Of a DNA stretch of 61,852 nucleotides, positions 48,270 to 60,074 are shown piece by piece; within the stretch, counting starts at the first letter, position 1, and each line of letters starts with the position of its first letter. The position numbers and the translations under genes are program-made. The notes under the pieces were generated by a model. It saw only the letters and a program-made list of their open reading frames with translations, searched no databases and was not told where the DNA came from. Source of the DNA: Chiloscyllium plagiosum (Eukaryota); contig NC_057719.1 of assembly GCF_004010195.1 (NCBI RefSeq), positions 52,381,529 through 52,443,380 of the forward strand. The letters are read 5' to 3'.

Positions 48270-50545
48270 GCATGCACTGTGATTGTTGAAGGTAAGTCTT
48301 CTAAGTCCAAGGACATCTCTGTAGAAGTTCCTTAGAGTAGTGTTCTACCGCCAATCATCAATGACATTCCATCCATCATTAGGCTAAAAGTAGTGATGTT
48401 TGTTAATGATTGCACAATGTTCAGCACCATTCATAACTTTTCAGATACTGAAGCCTGTGTCCATGTGCAAAAAGAGGTGGACAATGACCTGGGTTGGTCT
48501 GACAAGTGACAAGTAAAACTAGTGTGACAGAAGTGAGAGGTGGTGATCATCTTCAAGAGGAGAGATTCTAACTAATATCACTTGACATTCAACAGCATTA
48601 TCATCACCGGATTCCCCACTATCCATATCTAGGGGGTTATAATTGAGCAGAATCTGAATTGGACTAACCATATAAATATAGTAGCTATAAGAAGAAGTTG
48701 GAGCTAGGAATACAGTGAATAACCCGCATCCTGTCTCCCAACTGCCTGTAAAACATCTACCTGACACAAGTCAGTAACGTGATGGAATACTCACTATGTT
48801 GTATGAAACAACTCAACAAAGAGAAAGTGAGGACTTCAGATGCTGGAGAGTCAGAGTTGATAAAGCATGACAGGTTAGGTAGCATCCGAGGAGTGAGAGA
48901 GTCAATGTTTGGGGCAGGACCCTTCTTTAGGATTGGGGAGGGGGATGGGGGCTGAGAGATAAATGGACAGGAGGTGGGGCTAGGAGAAAGATAGGTGTGA
49001 TGGTGATAAGTGGGCAAGGTAAATGAATAGGAAGGGTTTGGAGGGATACGAGCCAGGTGCTGGCAAGTGGGACTAGGTTAGGTTGAATATCTAGTCAGCA
49101 TGTCGAGTTGGATCGAAGGGTCTGTTTCTGTGCTGTACATCTCTATAATTCTATGATTCTAAGTAAAGAGTGGATAAGTAGGAAGGAAGCTGGACAGGTA
49201 TGTCAGGTCAAAAAGGCAGATCTGAGTCGGAGGGTTGGACCCGGGATGGGGTGGGGTCGAGAGATATGGAAACTGGTGAATTCAATGGTTATGCCTTGTG
49301 GTTGTAGGTTTCCAAGGCAGCATATGAGGTGTCCCTCCTCCAATTTGTGGTTTGTCGTATGTAGGCAGTGGAGGAGGCCCAGAATGGACATGTCATTGGG
49401 GGAGTGGGAGGGAGAATTGAAATGGATGACCATAGGAAGAAGAGGGTGATTGTTGCGTATATGAACATTGAATTCACCAGTTTCCATATCTCCCCTCCCC
49501 CAAACCCATTCAACGTGCAACCCTCTGACTCAGGACTGCCCTCTTGACCTGACCTGCCAGACCATCTTCCTTCCCACTTATCTGTTCTTCACTTCTCACT
49601 GACCTATCACCATCACCTCCTGCCTTTGCCACCTATTGCCGTCCCATCTACCTTTCCCCAGTCCAACTCCCCTCCCCCGATTTATTTCTCAGCTCCCTTC
49701 CCTGTCCCCAGTGCTGAAGAAGGGTCCTGTCTGAAAGGGTAGCTCAACAAGGCAAAGCAGCCTGCTTGATTGATGCCTCATTCCTCAATCTTCAACATTC
49801 ATCCTTTCACCACCTATGCTGTTCTGCTCCGCAGTGATGGCAGTTTACTTTCAACAGGGTATCACATGAGCCAATATTTATGCTAACTCCCATAACATAA
49901 GTACTAAACGATACAATGGACTTTTATTGTAGTTTCTGGTATGTACATATATTACAGTCACAGGCACTAGCCCATGTGTCTGCATTAATATAAGTAATTC
50001 AATTACAAATTACAGCATGTTTTCCTCGGTGTATAATGCTGCATGTGACCTCAGTGAGATGGAGACAGACTTTTAAACAATCAGGCCACATGCCACGATC
50101 TGATGCTGGCATCATGAACATGCCCCTTAAAGGTATATTGCAGATTAGATATGAGACATAACACAATACCACTGATACATGGTGGCACCAATGTGTGCCA
50201 TCCTCAAGATGCTTTGTAGCAATGCCTCAAGGTTCTAAAGCCATACCTTCCAAACCTGTGGTCTTCAACACGTTGAAGAACAGAAGCAGCAAACGCAGGA
50301 GAATACTACCACATGTAAATTCTTCACCAAGCCACATGCTACGCTGACTTGGAAAGATATTTCATTTGCTTCACTGTTAAAATCCCACAAATTCCTTCGT
50401 AAGGCTGTGGGTGTCTCCGCAAACGAAGAGCTTCAGTGATTCAAGAAGCCAGCTCACCATCACTTCTCCAGGGCAATTAGAAATGATCAATAAGTTCCTT
50501 TCTCACCAGCAACACCAACCTTCTGTGAACAGACTTAAAACAAAA
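48270..50545 (+). mobile_element. CR1-group LINE family B (RT to 3' tail) interrupted by a PLE (48820-49737) and by an unassigned insert (about 49820-50163)
   Basis: GTTCCTTAGAGTAGTGTTCTA, ATGTTTGTTAATGATTGC (RT); GATTCAAGAAGCCAGCTCACCATCACTTCTCCAGGGCAATTAG tail. Confidence 0.75.
48820..49737. mobile_element. Penelope-like element with an inverted pLTR (minus 48820-49460, plus 49461-49737), containing a CR1 tail at about 49016-49160
   Basis: HFNSPSHSPNDMSILGLLHC...KLEEGHLICCLGNLQPQGITIEF; perfect 27-bp inverted repeat 49261-49287 / 49466-49492; CTGAAGA-AGGGTCCTGTCT-GAAA at 49714. Confidence 0.85.
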
Positions 50546-51707
50546 TGGCCATCTGTCATAATATGCTTGTATGGCTTGATGCCAAATTTTGCTTTAACAA
50601 ATTTCTGTCAAGTTTCTTTGGATATTTAATTATGCCAAAACTGCCACATAAATGTAAGCTGTTTATGAAACCAGCATGAGTTGACTTCAGAGAGGAGCAG
50701 TGTCTGGGTGGTCAACATTATGATGGTGCACGGTACCTTCCTAAGTTGTACTGCCACTTTTAAATTGGTCTTGTGCACAGGTCACTTTGCATTAATGTAA
50801 TACTGGGGAGTATCCGTGGCTGTAGCATTTTTATTTTAAACACAAATTATCTTATGATTTGATTGAGCTTGTCAATTTACTATCAAGCCATGGTAAGATT
50901 TATGCTGTGAACTTTAATGCAGTCACCAATAAACACAAAATCAGAAAAGCAAAGAGTGTGACTCACGGTGGTCCACGGGCCTTGGGCCTTATCACAAACT
51001 CAATGCATGTAGTCCACAGATGGTAACATCTGTAAGATGTCTCCCAACTACAAAACTAGTTGAGTAAAACTCCATAAAGTCTACATACATTTACAAAGCC
51101 ACCATTCAACATTGGCTCAGTGTTTTCACGTTTACCATTACATCTATTTTGGCATATTTCATCATCTTTCCATAACCTTCAATCATGTTCTCATTTAGTT
51201 TTTTCTCAGGTTTAATCTACATGTCATTAATTACAGCTTGAAAGAGGACAATTTTCTTCTAATCTACAGCTACACTTCATGGTTACTAATTTTATATGTT
51301 CGTCCTCCAGCTCTTTATTCACAGTCCAAAATAAATAACCTACTTGCATTTACATTATCTGTGCCTCTGAGCATTTTAAAGAATGATCATGTCACCATGA
51401 AACTTATTTTCTCCAGGGAAACAAGCTCACTGACACTGCAGAAACAATTAATAGAACTCATACACCTAACTGAGAAGAGACCTTCATTCCATCAATTTCA
51501 ATTGGATTTTGAGGTGTAGCTTGTAGATGTGATAAGTTAATGTTCTTACCCACTAGAACAAATTGTCTCAAAGATTTCAATTTTTTATTCAGTAATGGCA
51601 CCATAAAAATGAATTAGAACAACTTTGTCATTTGCAAATTTTAGTGTGATGTTAAGCAGAACTGCCCAGGAGTTTGATATTATATCTAAATTTGAATTTG
51701 ATCCCTT

Positions 51708-52200
51708 ACAGAGTCATAGAATCATACAGCATGGAAACAGACCCTTTGGTCCAACCAGTCCATGCTGACCATAATCCCAAATTAAAACTTGTCCCAATTG
51801 CCAGCGCTTGGTCCATATCCCTCCAACATTTCTTATTCATGTACTTAGTCAACATCTTTTAAACATTGTAACCATACCCATATCGACCACTTCCTCTGGA
51901 AGTTCATTCCACACACAAACCATTCCCTGTGTAAAAAGAAATTGCCCTCCCTGTCTTTTCTAAATCTTTCACCTCTCACCTTAAATATATGTCCCCTCGT
52001 TTTGAAATCTCCCATCCTAGGGAGAAGAGCTTTGCTATTCACCTTATCTATGCACCTCATGATTTTATAAATCTCTAAAAGGTCACCCCTCAACCTCCTA
52101 TGCTCCAGTGAAAAAAGTCCCAACCTATCCAGCCTCATCATATGACTCAAACTCTCCATTCCTGGCAACATCCTGATAAATCTCTTCTGAACATTCTCTT
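51708..52200 (-). mobile_element. CR1 LINE 3' fragment
   Basis: MLPGMESLSHMMRLDRLGLFSLEHRRLRGDLLEIYKIMR. Confidence 0.92.
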
Positions 52201-52349
52201 CTTCTGAATAAAATGACCATTGAAAAATCTAATGTGAATTATGGTCTATGAAATCTCCTGAATTGACCTCTATCATTAATTATGTTGAATTCTTTAGGGC
52301 ATACTGTAGTTTCCATGGTTCCCAATTGAATTTGGTGTTAAGACCACTA

Positions 52350-55300
52350 TCTATGCAGATCAAAAACCTAATTTCTATTTTAGGGTGACATATAGAATTT
52401 GATTCTTGGCAGAGTCCACGTATGTGACCCTTAGGGAAATAATTCTCCTGGAGGAATTTAAAAATTTACTCCCTCCATTTGTAAGAACCTACATGCAGAT
52501 CCAGAAGGTTGCAACAGACAGATAAGCAGCAGAGACGGTTGATGATTATGATTTTGTCCACAAATCTAAACATTTTCTCTATCACTTTCACCTGCCCGTG
52601 AAGGATTGAAAATGGGAGAATGTAAGGAAGGAACACAACCAGGTAGGGAAATGGAGCTTTGGATGTGCCTGGGATTTTTTCCTCAGGTAACAATGGAAGG
52701 TATTGAATGAGGAAGTGATGTCCAAAGCTTGAGAGTTTCCATTGCCACACACATGGACAACTTTGGACAGAATACTGAAAGTTGCAGACCAAACTCATGG
52801 ATTGAATGGGATATGTAAGATCAATGCAGAGAAAAACACAATGACCAAAAGAACATTAGGTATTTAATTACAGGTGTCAGGGCTAGTATAAACACTACCG
52901 TGAACATTGGAGAGGTGAGCATAGAGCCGCAGGCGATTCTTGTCCAAAGGAAGAGTAATCTGTGATCCCTCATATGAAGTAGGTAAACTTATACTTGGGG
53001 ATGGAGGAGACATCCAAACTTTTCTACCTGAGTGTACACTGAATGCCACTTTATGTATAACATCAGTGAGGAGAAAATGCTCATGCTTTTGTATTGGATG
53101 CACTTAGGGTGTCCTAATGTCTGGAATAGTGACCACTGAGGTTGTCCACAGTTTACTTGGAAGCAGAGCTGAGACATTCCTCAGGAACGATTTGGCAGAG
53201 CAAAAGGAATAACCTTTCCAAGAGTAACAATTGATCAAGTGATGTCAAGGAGTCAGAGCAGCTGTGAGAAAAGATTCCAAGAACTCTTCCTTCATTTGTA
53301 ATTAACCAAAAGAAGGCTGAACAAGTTTCATGTTGGAGATCAATTTGGATATTTCACAAGATGGAACTGTTATTGGGTATTTGGATAATCCAAAAGAAAC
53401 TCAATAATTCTCCTCGGATTGAAGCTCAGCGGATCATTCCAAATTAAATAAGGTCGCACAAAACTGAAGTAAAGGAAATTCTGGCATGCCATTATGTTAA
53501 AAATGGGATCCCCATGAGGAACTGGAGTCCTCATTCCTGGCCAGGGAATGAAGGCTGGGCAGTGACGCACTGGAGAATGGAGCTTGCCAAATACTTTCAA
53601 GGGAAATTAAGGATGGCCGATGAAATTCTAATAATGGGGCATATTAGATTAGATTAGATTAAATTACAGTGTGGAAACAGGCCCTTCGGCCCAACAAGTC
53701 CACACCGACCCGCCGAAGCGCAACCCACCCATACCCCTACATTTACCCCTTACCTAACACTACGGGCAATTTAGCATGGCCAATTCACCTGACCTGCACA
53801 TCTTTGGACTGTGGGAGGAAACCGGAGCACCCGGAGGAAACCCACGCAGACACGGGGAGAATGTGCAAACTCCACACAGTCACTCGCCTGAGGCGGGAAT
53901 TGAACCCGGGTTTTTGGCGCTGTGAGGCAGCAGTGCTAACCACTATGCCCACCGTGCCGCCCATATAGAGATCCATAAAACCCAAGCATGGATTGTTGCT
54001 GACTAAGACTTCACGAGGACGTGGTACAGTTTTGCAAAATGTGAAATACACATTAGATTGTGGGAAAACAAAAACTGCAATGAAGCTGTCACCATTGATT
54101 CCCATAAAAGATTATGAGAAACCATTCAGTGTCAGTAAACTGTATAGTCCCTTTGTTATAAATAAGCACTGGTCACCAGTACAGCATCATTATTATGGAT
54201 ATATCCAACTTTTCTCAGGACATTCTGAGTAGGCAGGGTGCAAAATAGTTAACATCTTCAGCATAATATCCAAAGATACAGAAGGTTTTGGAGCAGTATC
54301 ATCAAATACCCAAACTAATTTTTAGGATAAGTTGGTATAAAAACACCATGATTGCGACAATGGACTGGAGTTGGTTTTTATTTACCTTCACCCAATGGGT
54401 CTCTAACTTTAGACATCTTCAATTAATTTGTAGACATGAGATAAGAGATCCTCAGAATCTGATCAAAGTAACTTTTTAGAAACAGCGTGAGGCATCTTCC
54501 AGGTGAGCATGGATCTGTGCTCTGGGAGAACCTTATGAGAGCCCAAGAAGTGGATCAGGATTGCTTTAGAATTTCATAAACAAGCATGAAGAAATGGACT
54601 GGCAAACATGCCAAGGTTTGGACATTTCAACCATGGGATGATGTGTTTGTATTAGCGACTGGACAGGATGAACTGAAACATTTTGATGGTTCATGTGCGA
54701 TAGTTGAAAGGATTGGGGAAGTAAATAATTTGACTGAAACTTGAATAGCCAGAAAATGAATTAGCTTTTTCATATCAATATGTTGAAACTATTAGGAGGA
54801 GGATAAGCAAGCACAAACTGGTAGGAGGAGGATAAGCAAGTACAAAAATTCCAGATATTGAGGACAGTAGAGAATGAAAAGGATAATGAAGAAATGGTAG
54901 GAGAAGTCCTGGACATCTCTCAGTTTGGGTCACCTACTATACAGTTAGCCACTGAGCCATTAGCAAGATTACATACTGTGGCTGCATTTATAGATGCAGA
55001 GCTACAAGGAGAATCCATAAGGCTATTCATGGAATTTAAAGAAGTCTACGAGGACAAATCAGGATGTATTAACTTAGCTGTACATGATGTGAATGTAGGG
55101 GAACCTTCTCCTATCAGACAGCATTCTTAGCTTGAGAAAAATAGCATCAGGCAAAACAGACATCTAATACTTGTTGGAAAGCCACCTAATTAAATCCAGT
55201 CCAAGCAGTTGGAGTGCCCTGGTCTTGATAATGCCAAAGTCTGATGATTCAATTCAGTTCTGCATCGACTACAGGCAAGTCAATGTAGTAAGAAATACAC

Positions 55301-55385
55301 ACTCCTACCTAATTCTTCACTTGACAGAAATCACAGAATTGGCAGTGCTTTCTTTTTACTAATATGGATTTGTTAAATGTGATCA
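52350..55385 (+). mobile_element. Decayed Gmr1-like Ty3/Gypsy LTR retrotransposon internal region (gag, PR, INT, RT)
   Basis: gag TYVTLREIILLEEFKNLLPPFVRT (about 52418); PR-like ILGDGG (about 52991); INT CHYVKNGIPMRNW...IMGH, LHEDVVQFCK, SPLIPIKDYEKPFS (about 53480-54240); RT HDVNVGEPSPIRQH, SSWSALVLIMPKSDDSIQFCIDYRQVN (about 55080-55330). Confidence 0.85.
53645..53961 (-). mobile_element. HE1-type V-SINE, young full-length copy inside the Gypsy integrase
   Basis: Complete head, core and (AATCT)n tail; TSD CATAT at 53640-53644 and 53962-53966. Confidence 0.95.
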
Positions 55386-55391
55386 AGTGAA

Positions 55392-56990
55392 TGTGGGCCC
55401 AAAATTGACTTTAAATTTAAAATCAGAGAAATCAGGCCTGACAGAAAATTGACCAAATTAAACTAAACAGCAGCCAACAGCCAACAGGGGAAAGCAAGAT
55501 CAAAGAGGCTAAAAAGTTTCAAGGTGAACCAGGTACAAACAGGCCCAAGGTTATGTGTATCAGAGACACATTGATCAGATGTTCTGACGTCTTGACTGCC
55601 TGAGTGTGTACACTTTATACCTCCCAGCATGGCAAAAGGTAACACTGTTGGCACAACCCCATTGGATGATTTGAACTCAGCTCATGACCCCATTGGCCAA
55701 AAGCCACAGAACATTCTGAAAGGTCCAGTGCAAGGGGGTTAAGAGCACAGACCTGGGCACCACCCCACGGTGAAGGTTCAGTGAAGACTCACAGGGAAGA
55801 TTTGCAGCAAGACTCATGGCAGGAGACTGTGCAGTGACCTAAGCAGACCTGCCGTCACTTGCAAGACTCACTTGCGGAAGAGAGCCAGCCCCATATCAGA
55901 GTGGAAGGAGATTCCAGCTGAAACATGTAGATCATTGTTGGTAATGTCCTTTCTCAGCTCAATAGATAGAGAAGAAATATTATGGGAATTTGGGAAATGG
56001 TGACATAGCATTGTAATATTGAATATTTTGTTAATAACATTGAGTTGAACCACAAAGTGAATTCTTTGTCCATGTCACTGACAAGAGCATTTGGGAAAAG
56101 TGTTTTTAAATGTAAGCTCAACAAAATGTCCAAAGCATGGACAACATCGATATCTTTGGGAGGGCTTTGATTAGAAAGTGTCTGTATAACCTCAAAAGTT
56201 GAACCTTTCCAATCTTGAACTCTCAAACATTCAACCTGAGCCTAAATCATCTTACCTGCGGGACAGAAATGCTGGGAAGTGGTGCAGAAAGCTGGAGGGA
56301 AGTGCACCTTAAACCTCAGCAAAGCAACATGAAGCAGTTGAGAGGTAAAGAATGGGAGAAGGTGGAGCTCCATAAGGAGCTGGAGGAAGTAAAGCAGGAA
56401 TTAGAGAAAGTAAGAGTCAAAGCAGAAGAGCAGGAGCAGAGAAACCAGGTGAATATGGGACATTTTCAGAGCCAATGTGTGATCGAGTGTACCAGGAGGA
56501 GCAGTATGAGGGCAGTGATCCTGACACAGCTGATAAAGTCATGGATGAACTGACCAAGAAGTGTATAAACCTATAGGCTGTGTTCAGACTCCTGCACAGG
56601 CAGGCAAAGAAAACAGAGATCAAGCTTGAAATCCCAGAATGGGATTAAAAAATTAAAATCCCAACTTTCTGTGTAAAAGGGACATTTGTGACAATAGAAT
56701 CTGATGGGGACAGTGATTATGGGATAGACTGGGGGAAAGGGAAGAACAAGCCCTTGGATATACTGAGAGCAGTGAAGATTGATGATCCCCATCTCCCTTT
56801 CCGGAGGGACTCAATTACAAGTCCATCTGGTCATACAGGGCTACAGTACCAAACAGTATGATAGATGGTTGCCATCATTAACATTTTTGACTTTTTACTA
56901 TTATTCACATCATCATCTAAGTTTTAATCCCCTAGACCCTCTGACAGTGCCAACACACCGACCAGCTTCCGACTCCCCAATTTGGATTAA
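55392..56990 (+). mobile_element. Possible second LTR retroelement remnant (LTR-like region followed by coiled-coil gag-like coding)
   Basis: Purine-rich heptad ORF EKVELHKELEEVKQELEKVRVKAEEQEQ (56215-56553) with frameshifted continuation; begins where the Gmr1 RT is truncated. No LTR pair or PBS identified. Confidence 0.35.
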
Positions 56991-57719
56991 CAAATGTCAG
57001 GCCTGATATGTGGCATTCCACCTCTGTAGAAATAAAATCCCATGGCTGAGAATTTCTGATGTCCAATCAGAAGTAGAAACACACCAGAAATGGTGGGAGA
57101 GATTGGATTTTGAAGGAATCCCTGAGGGTTTCATTGGAACTAATTTCCAGACTTCCTGCACAGCATAAGGGCAAGTAGGCCACCTCCATGCCACCCCCCA
57201 CCCCCAACTATCACCACCACCACCATCACTACCATCCCCACTGACAGAATGGAAGGAAGGAACACCCCTCGAGGGTAGCATTTTCTCTGGGTCCATTTAA
57301 ACCTAAGAAGACCCGTTGAACTATCTGTAGCTACTCTCAGGAGAGATGGTAGTTTGTCTTGTATATTTATTTCAAACATTAAGTCACATTGCTCTGAAAT
57401 TAGTGTAAGTTTAACAGTTCATTTCAATTTAATGAGTTTAATCAGTTTAATGAGCTGTTACATATATTTTAAGTATTATGTACATATGTAAGGTTTCTAT
57501 TGATAATTTAATTGGTTCTGTCTATTTATTTGAAAATCACAAGGTTTTTAGATGGTTGTTGATGTCATCTAAGTTAATTAGTTCTTCATATTTGAAAATG
57601 CAATGATGTTAAATGATTATCAGTGACAGTTCCTGGTGAAGTTCATATATTATCATTTGAAGATTATGGAAGGTCCCAGCCAATACTATTACTCGACAGA
57701 ACATGCCAGAACTGTTCTC

Positions 57720-57820
57720 AAAATGTTAACTCTGTTTCTCACTCCACAGATGCTGTCAGGCCTGCTGAGTTTCTCCAGTATTTTCTACTTTTGTTTCAAA
57801 TCTCCAGCATTCAGAGTTCA
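57720..57820 (+). mobile_element. Family-B PLE-derived repeat, single arm
   Basis: AAATGTTAACTCTGTTTCTCACTCCACAGATGCTGTCAGGCCTGCTGAGTTTCTCCAG, homologous to 4850-4915. Confidence 0.75.
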
Positions 57821-57999
57821 TATTAATCACAGAATCTATATCAGAAAGGACAGGAGATTATTGTGATGAAACATTACCATAATTTCACTCATGAAAAATG
57901 AATTCATTTTTAACTGAGGTGGAAGACAGATGAACTAGAATCTTAAGAACATTAAAGTGCTGACCACCAAGGCAAGTACGAAAGGTTCATAGAAAGAAA

Positions 58000-58181
58000 G
58001 GTTAGCTGAATTGGCCATGCTAAATTGCCCATAGTGTTCAGGGATGTGTAGGTTAGGTGCATTAGTCAGGGGAAATGTCAAGTAATAGGGGGGGGGAATG
58101 GGCCTGGGTGGGATACTCTTCAGAGGGTTGGTGTGGACTTACTGGGCCAAATGGCCTGTTTCCATGCAGTAGCAATTCTAA
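58000..58181 (+). mobile_element. HE1-type SINE 3' half
   Basis: GAATTGGCCATGCTAAATTGCCCATAGTG...GGTGTGGACTTACTGGGCCAAATGGCCTGTTTCCA. Confidence 0.9.
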
Positions 58182-59311
58182 TGATCTCTTAAAATAGTTC
58201 AGTTACCAGAATTCTTAATGAGTGCCATATGAAATGGCATGATCAAATGTATCCTACCAAGGTGAAAATATGCATATATGTTTTAAAAAAGTATCATTTT
58301 TCCTTGAAATTCTGCTTTGTGAGGTAGGTATGGCACAGAAATTGTAAAATGCAATTGCCTTGGAGATAATTTCACCTAACCTTCATAACTAAAGTGTTAG
58401 ATGCTGAAAGGTCAATGCTGTTTACTGATTTTATGAAGCATCATAAAATGCAGTTGCCTTGGAGATGACTCTGACTATGGGACCAGTGCTATATGTAATC
58501 ACAAAATATTTCAGTTCAATTATATTTCTGACAAGATGGGGAATTATTTAATTTCCATTTTTTCTCTTCCTTCAGGTGAAGCTTCCACTCAATGTCATGA
58601 ACATTAATTGACTGGAGGGGTCAAGAAGTTGGATAATGCTTGCATCATTTGTGTTGGACTTACTTTGTGACAAATCGCAATTGTGATTTATTGTTCTCCT
58701 CCAACAGATGTTACATAGATTCTGGCTGAGAATGTGTCTCCATTGCCTGTAGTTCACGAGAGTCCAGAAAGAGGTGTGGGCGAGACAGAGGCAAGGACAC
58801 CACAACAATGTGATATTCTACCTGCATTGAATGAGGAAGGAAAGTGTTCTGCCTCTGATGCTGATGCACACGTTTTTCACTTTAGGTCAGTCTGAGATTC
58901 AGGAGAGTGCAGCATGTGATCACAAAACTGCTGCAAGGGACTGTGCCTTGAAACTGATGACCCTGCAGCATTGCCAGCAAGAGCGCAGCTATTCCCATGG
59001 CATCAATGGCACTGTGAGAGGCACACTGTGGATCTTCAAGATGAAAAGGCAGTCACATCTACAGAACCCACAAAAAGCTCAGGCCAGTTCTGTGCCATTC
59101 CTATAATATCCTAATGAATTCTAACAGATTTAGCGCAGTGCATCTGATCCCTGCATGAAAACCTCTAACAGGAACAGAAGCAACAGAATCTGTTTCTGAA
59201 CCAGTTTCTGCACAAGAATTCTGATTTGCAGAGACAGCAGCCTTAGTTTTGGAGTCTATTTTTGCAAGATGCAGAGCAACAGAACCTGGCTGGGATGGCA
59301 GTGTCTGCATC

Positions 59312-59438
59312 AACCACCTGATGAAGGAGCAGCACTCCGAAAGCTAGTGCTTCCAAATAAACGTGTGGGACTATAACCTGGTGTTATGTGATTTTTAACT
59401 TTGTAAACCCCAGTCCAACACCAGCTCCTCCAGATCAT
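59312..59438 (+). mobile_element. PLE-type pLTR fragment (family C)
   Basis: Begins with a hammerhead motif, then CAAATAAAC...CTATAACCTGGTGTT...CCCCAGTCCAACACC. PLE origin is inferred from the ribozyme architecture. Confidence 0.6.
59315..59349 (+). ncRNA. Minimal type I hammerhead ribozyme (intact core)
   Basis: CAC-CTGATGA-A-GGAG-CAGCA-CTCC-GAAA-GC-TA^-GTG: stem I CAC/GTG, stem II GGAG/CTCC, palindromic AGCT stem III, CUA cleavage triplet at 59344-59346. Confidence 0.8.
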
Positions 59439-60074
59439 GCCCACATCTTCTAACCACCTTCTAACTCTGTGCAGCCTCTAACCAGATGGAGCCCAGAGCA
59501 GAGGTATCTGGTGCTGTGCTTGCATTCAGGATTGAGGAGGTCCCTTCTTGAAGAACTGTAGGATGAAGAAGGAGCAAGGATAGCTCTCACCCATGTTCTA
59601 CTCTTGCCATTCAGAAGCCCCTGCCCACCTATCATAACATGGGGAATATTTTGGGTTCTGTTCTTGACATTTTTGTTCTTGCCCCACCTTAGACTATTAA
59701 TTTGTTGTATAGTTTAGAATCTCATGGTTAATTTTCCTGCAGGCACCACTTATTATGGGATGTTTTAATGACTCCATTTGCATTGTCTCATGTCATTTGG
59801 ATGATTGTTGATACTATCTGCTTGAAAATAATATTGCGGTGCTGTATTTAAATATTTGTTGCATTAATTTTGATGACACGTGTTTGCACTAGTTTCTATA
59901 GTCTAAGAAATAGTTTTATTTAACATAAATGATGTCAAACATTGCTGTATTACTGGTGATATATGACATACAATATGACTTCCTCTGAAGGTTTTTCTAT
60001 TTCTAAATAAAGGTCATGAATTTGTATTTTTGCCAGCAGTCTCTCGATAATGAAGATGCAGTAATCTGAAATAT

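Noticed and set aside
49820..50163. Second solo LTR (TGTTCTG...CATAACA)
   Set aside because: TG..CA ends are present, but there is no convincing 4-6-bp TSD, so it is left as an unassigned insert.
53880..53961. tRNA gene
   Set aside because: The A/B boxes belong to the HE1 SINE head, are continuous with the SINE core and are repeated across the window.
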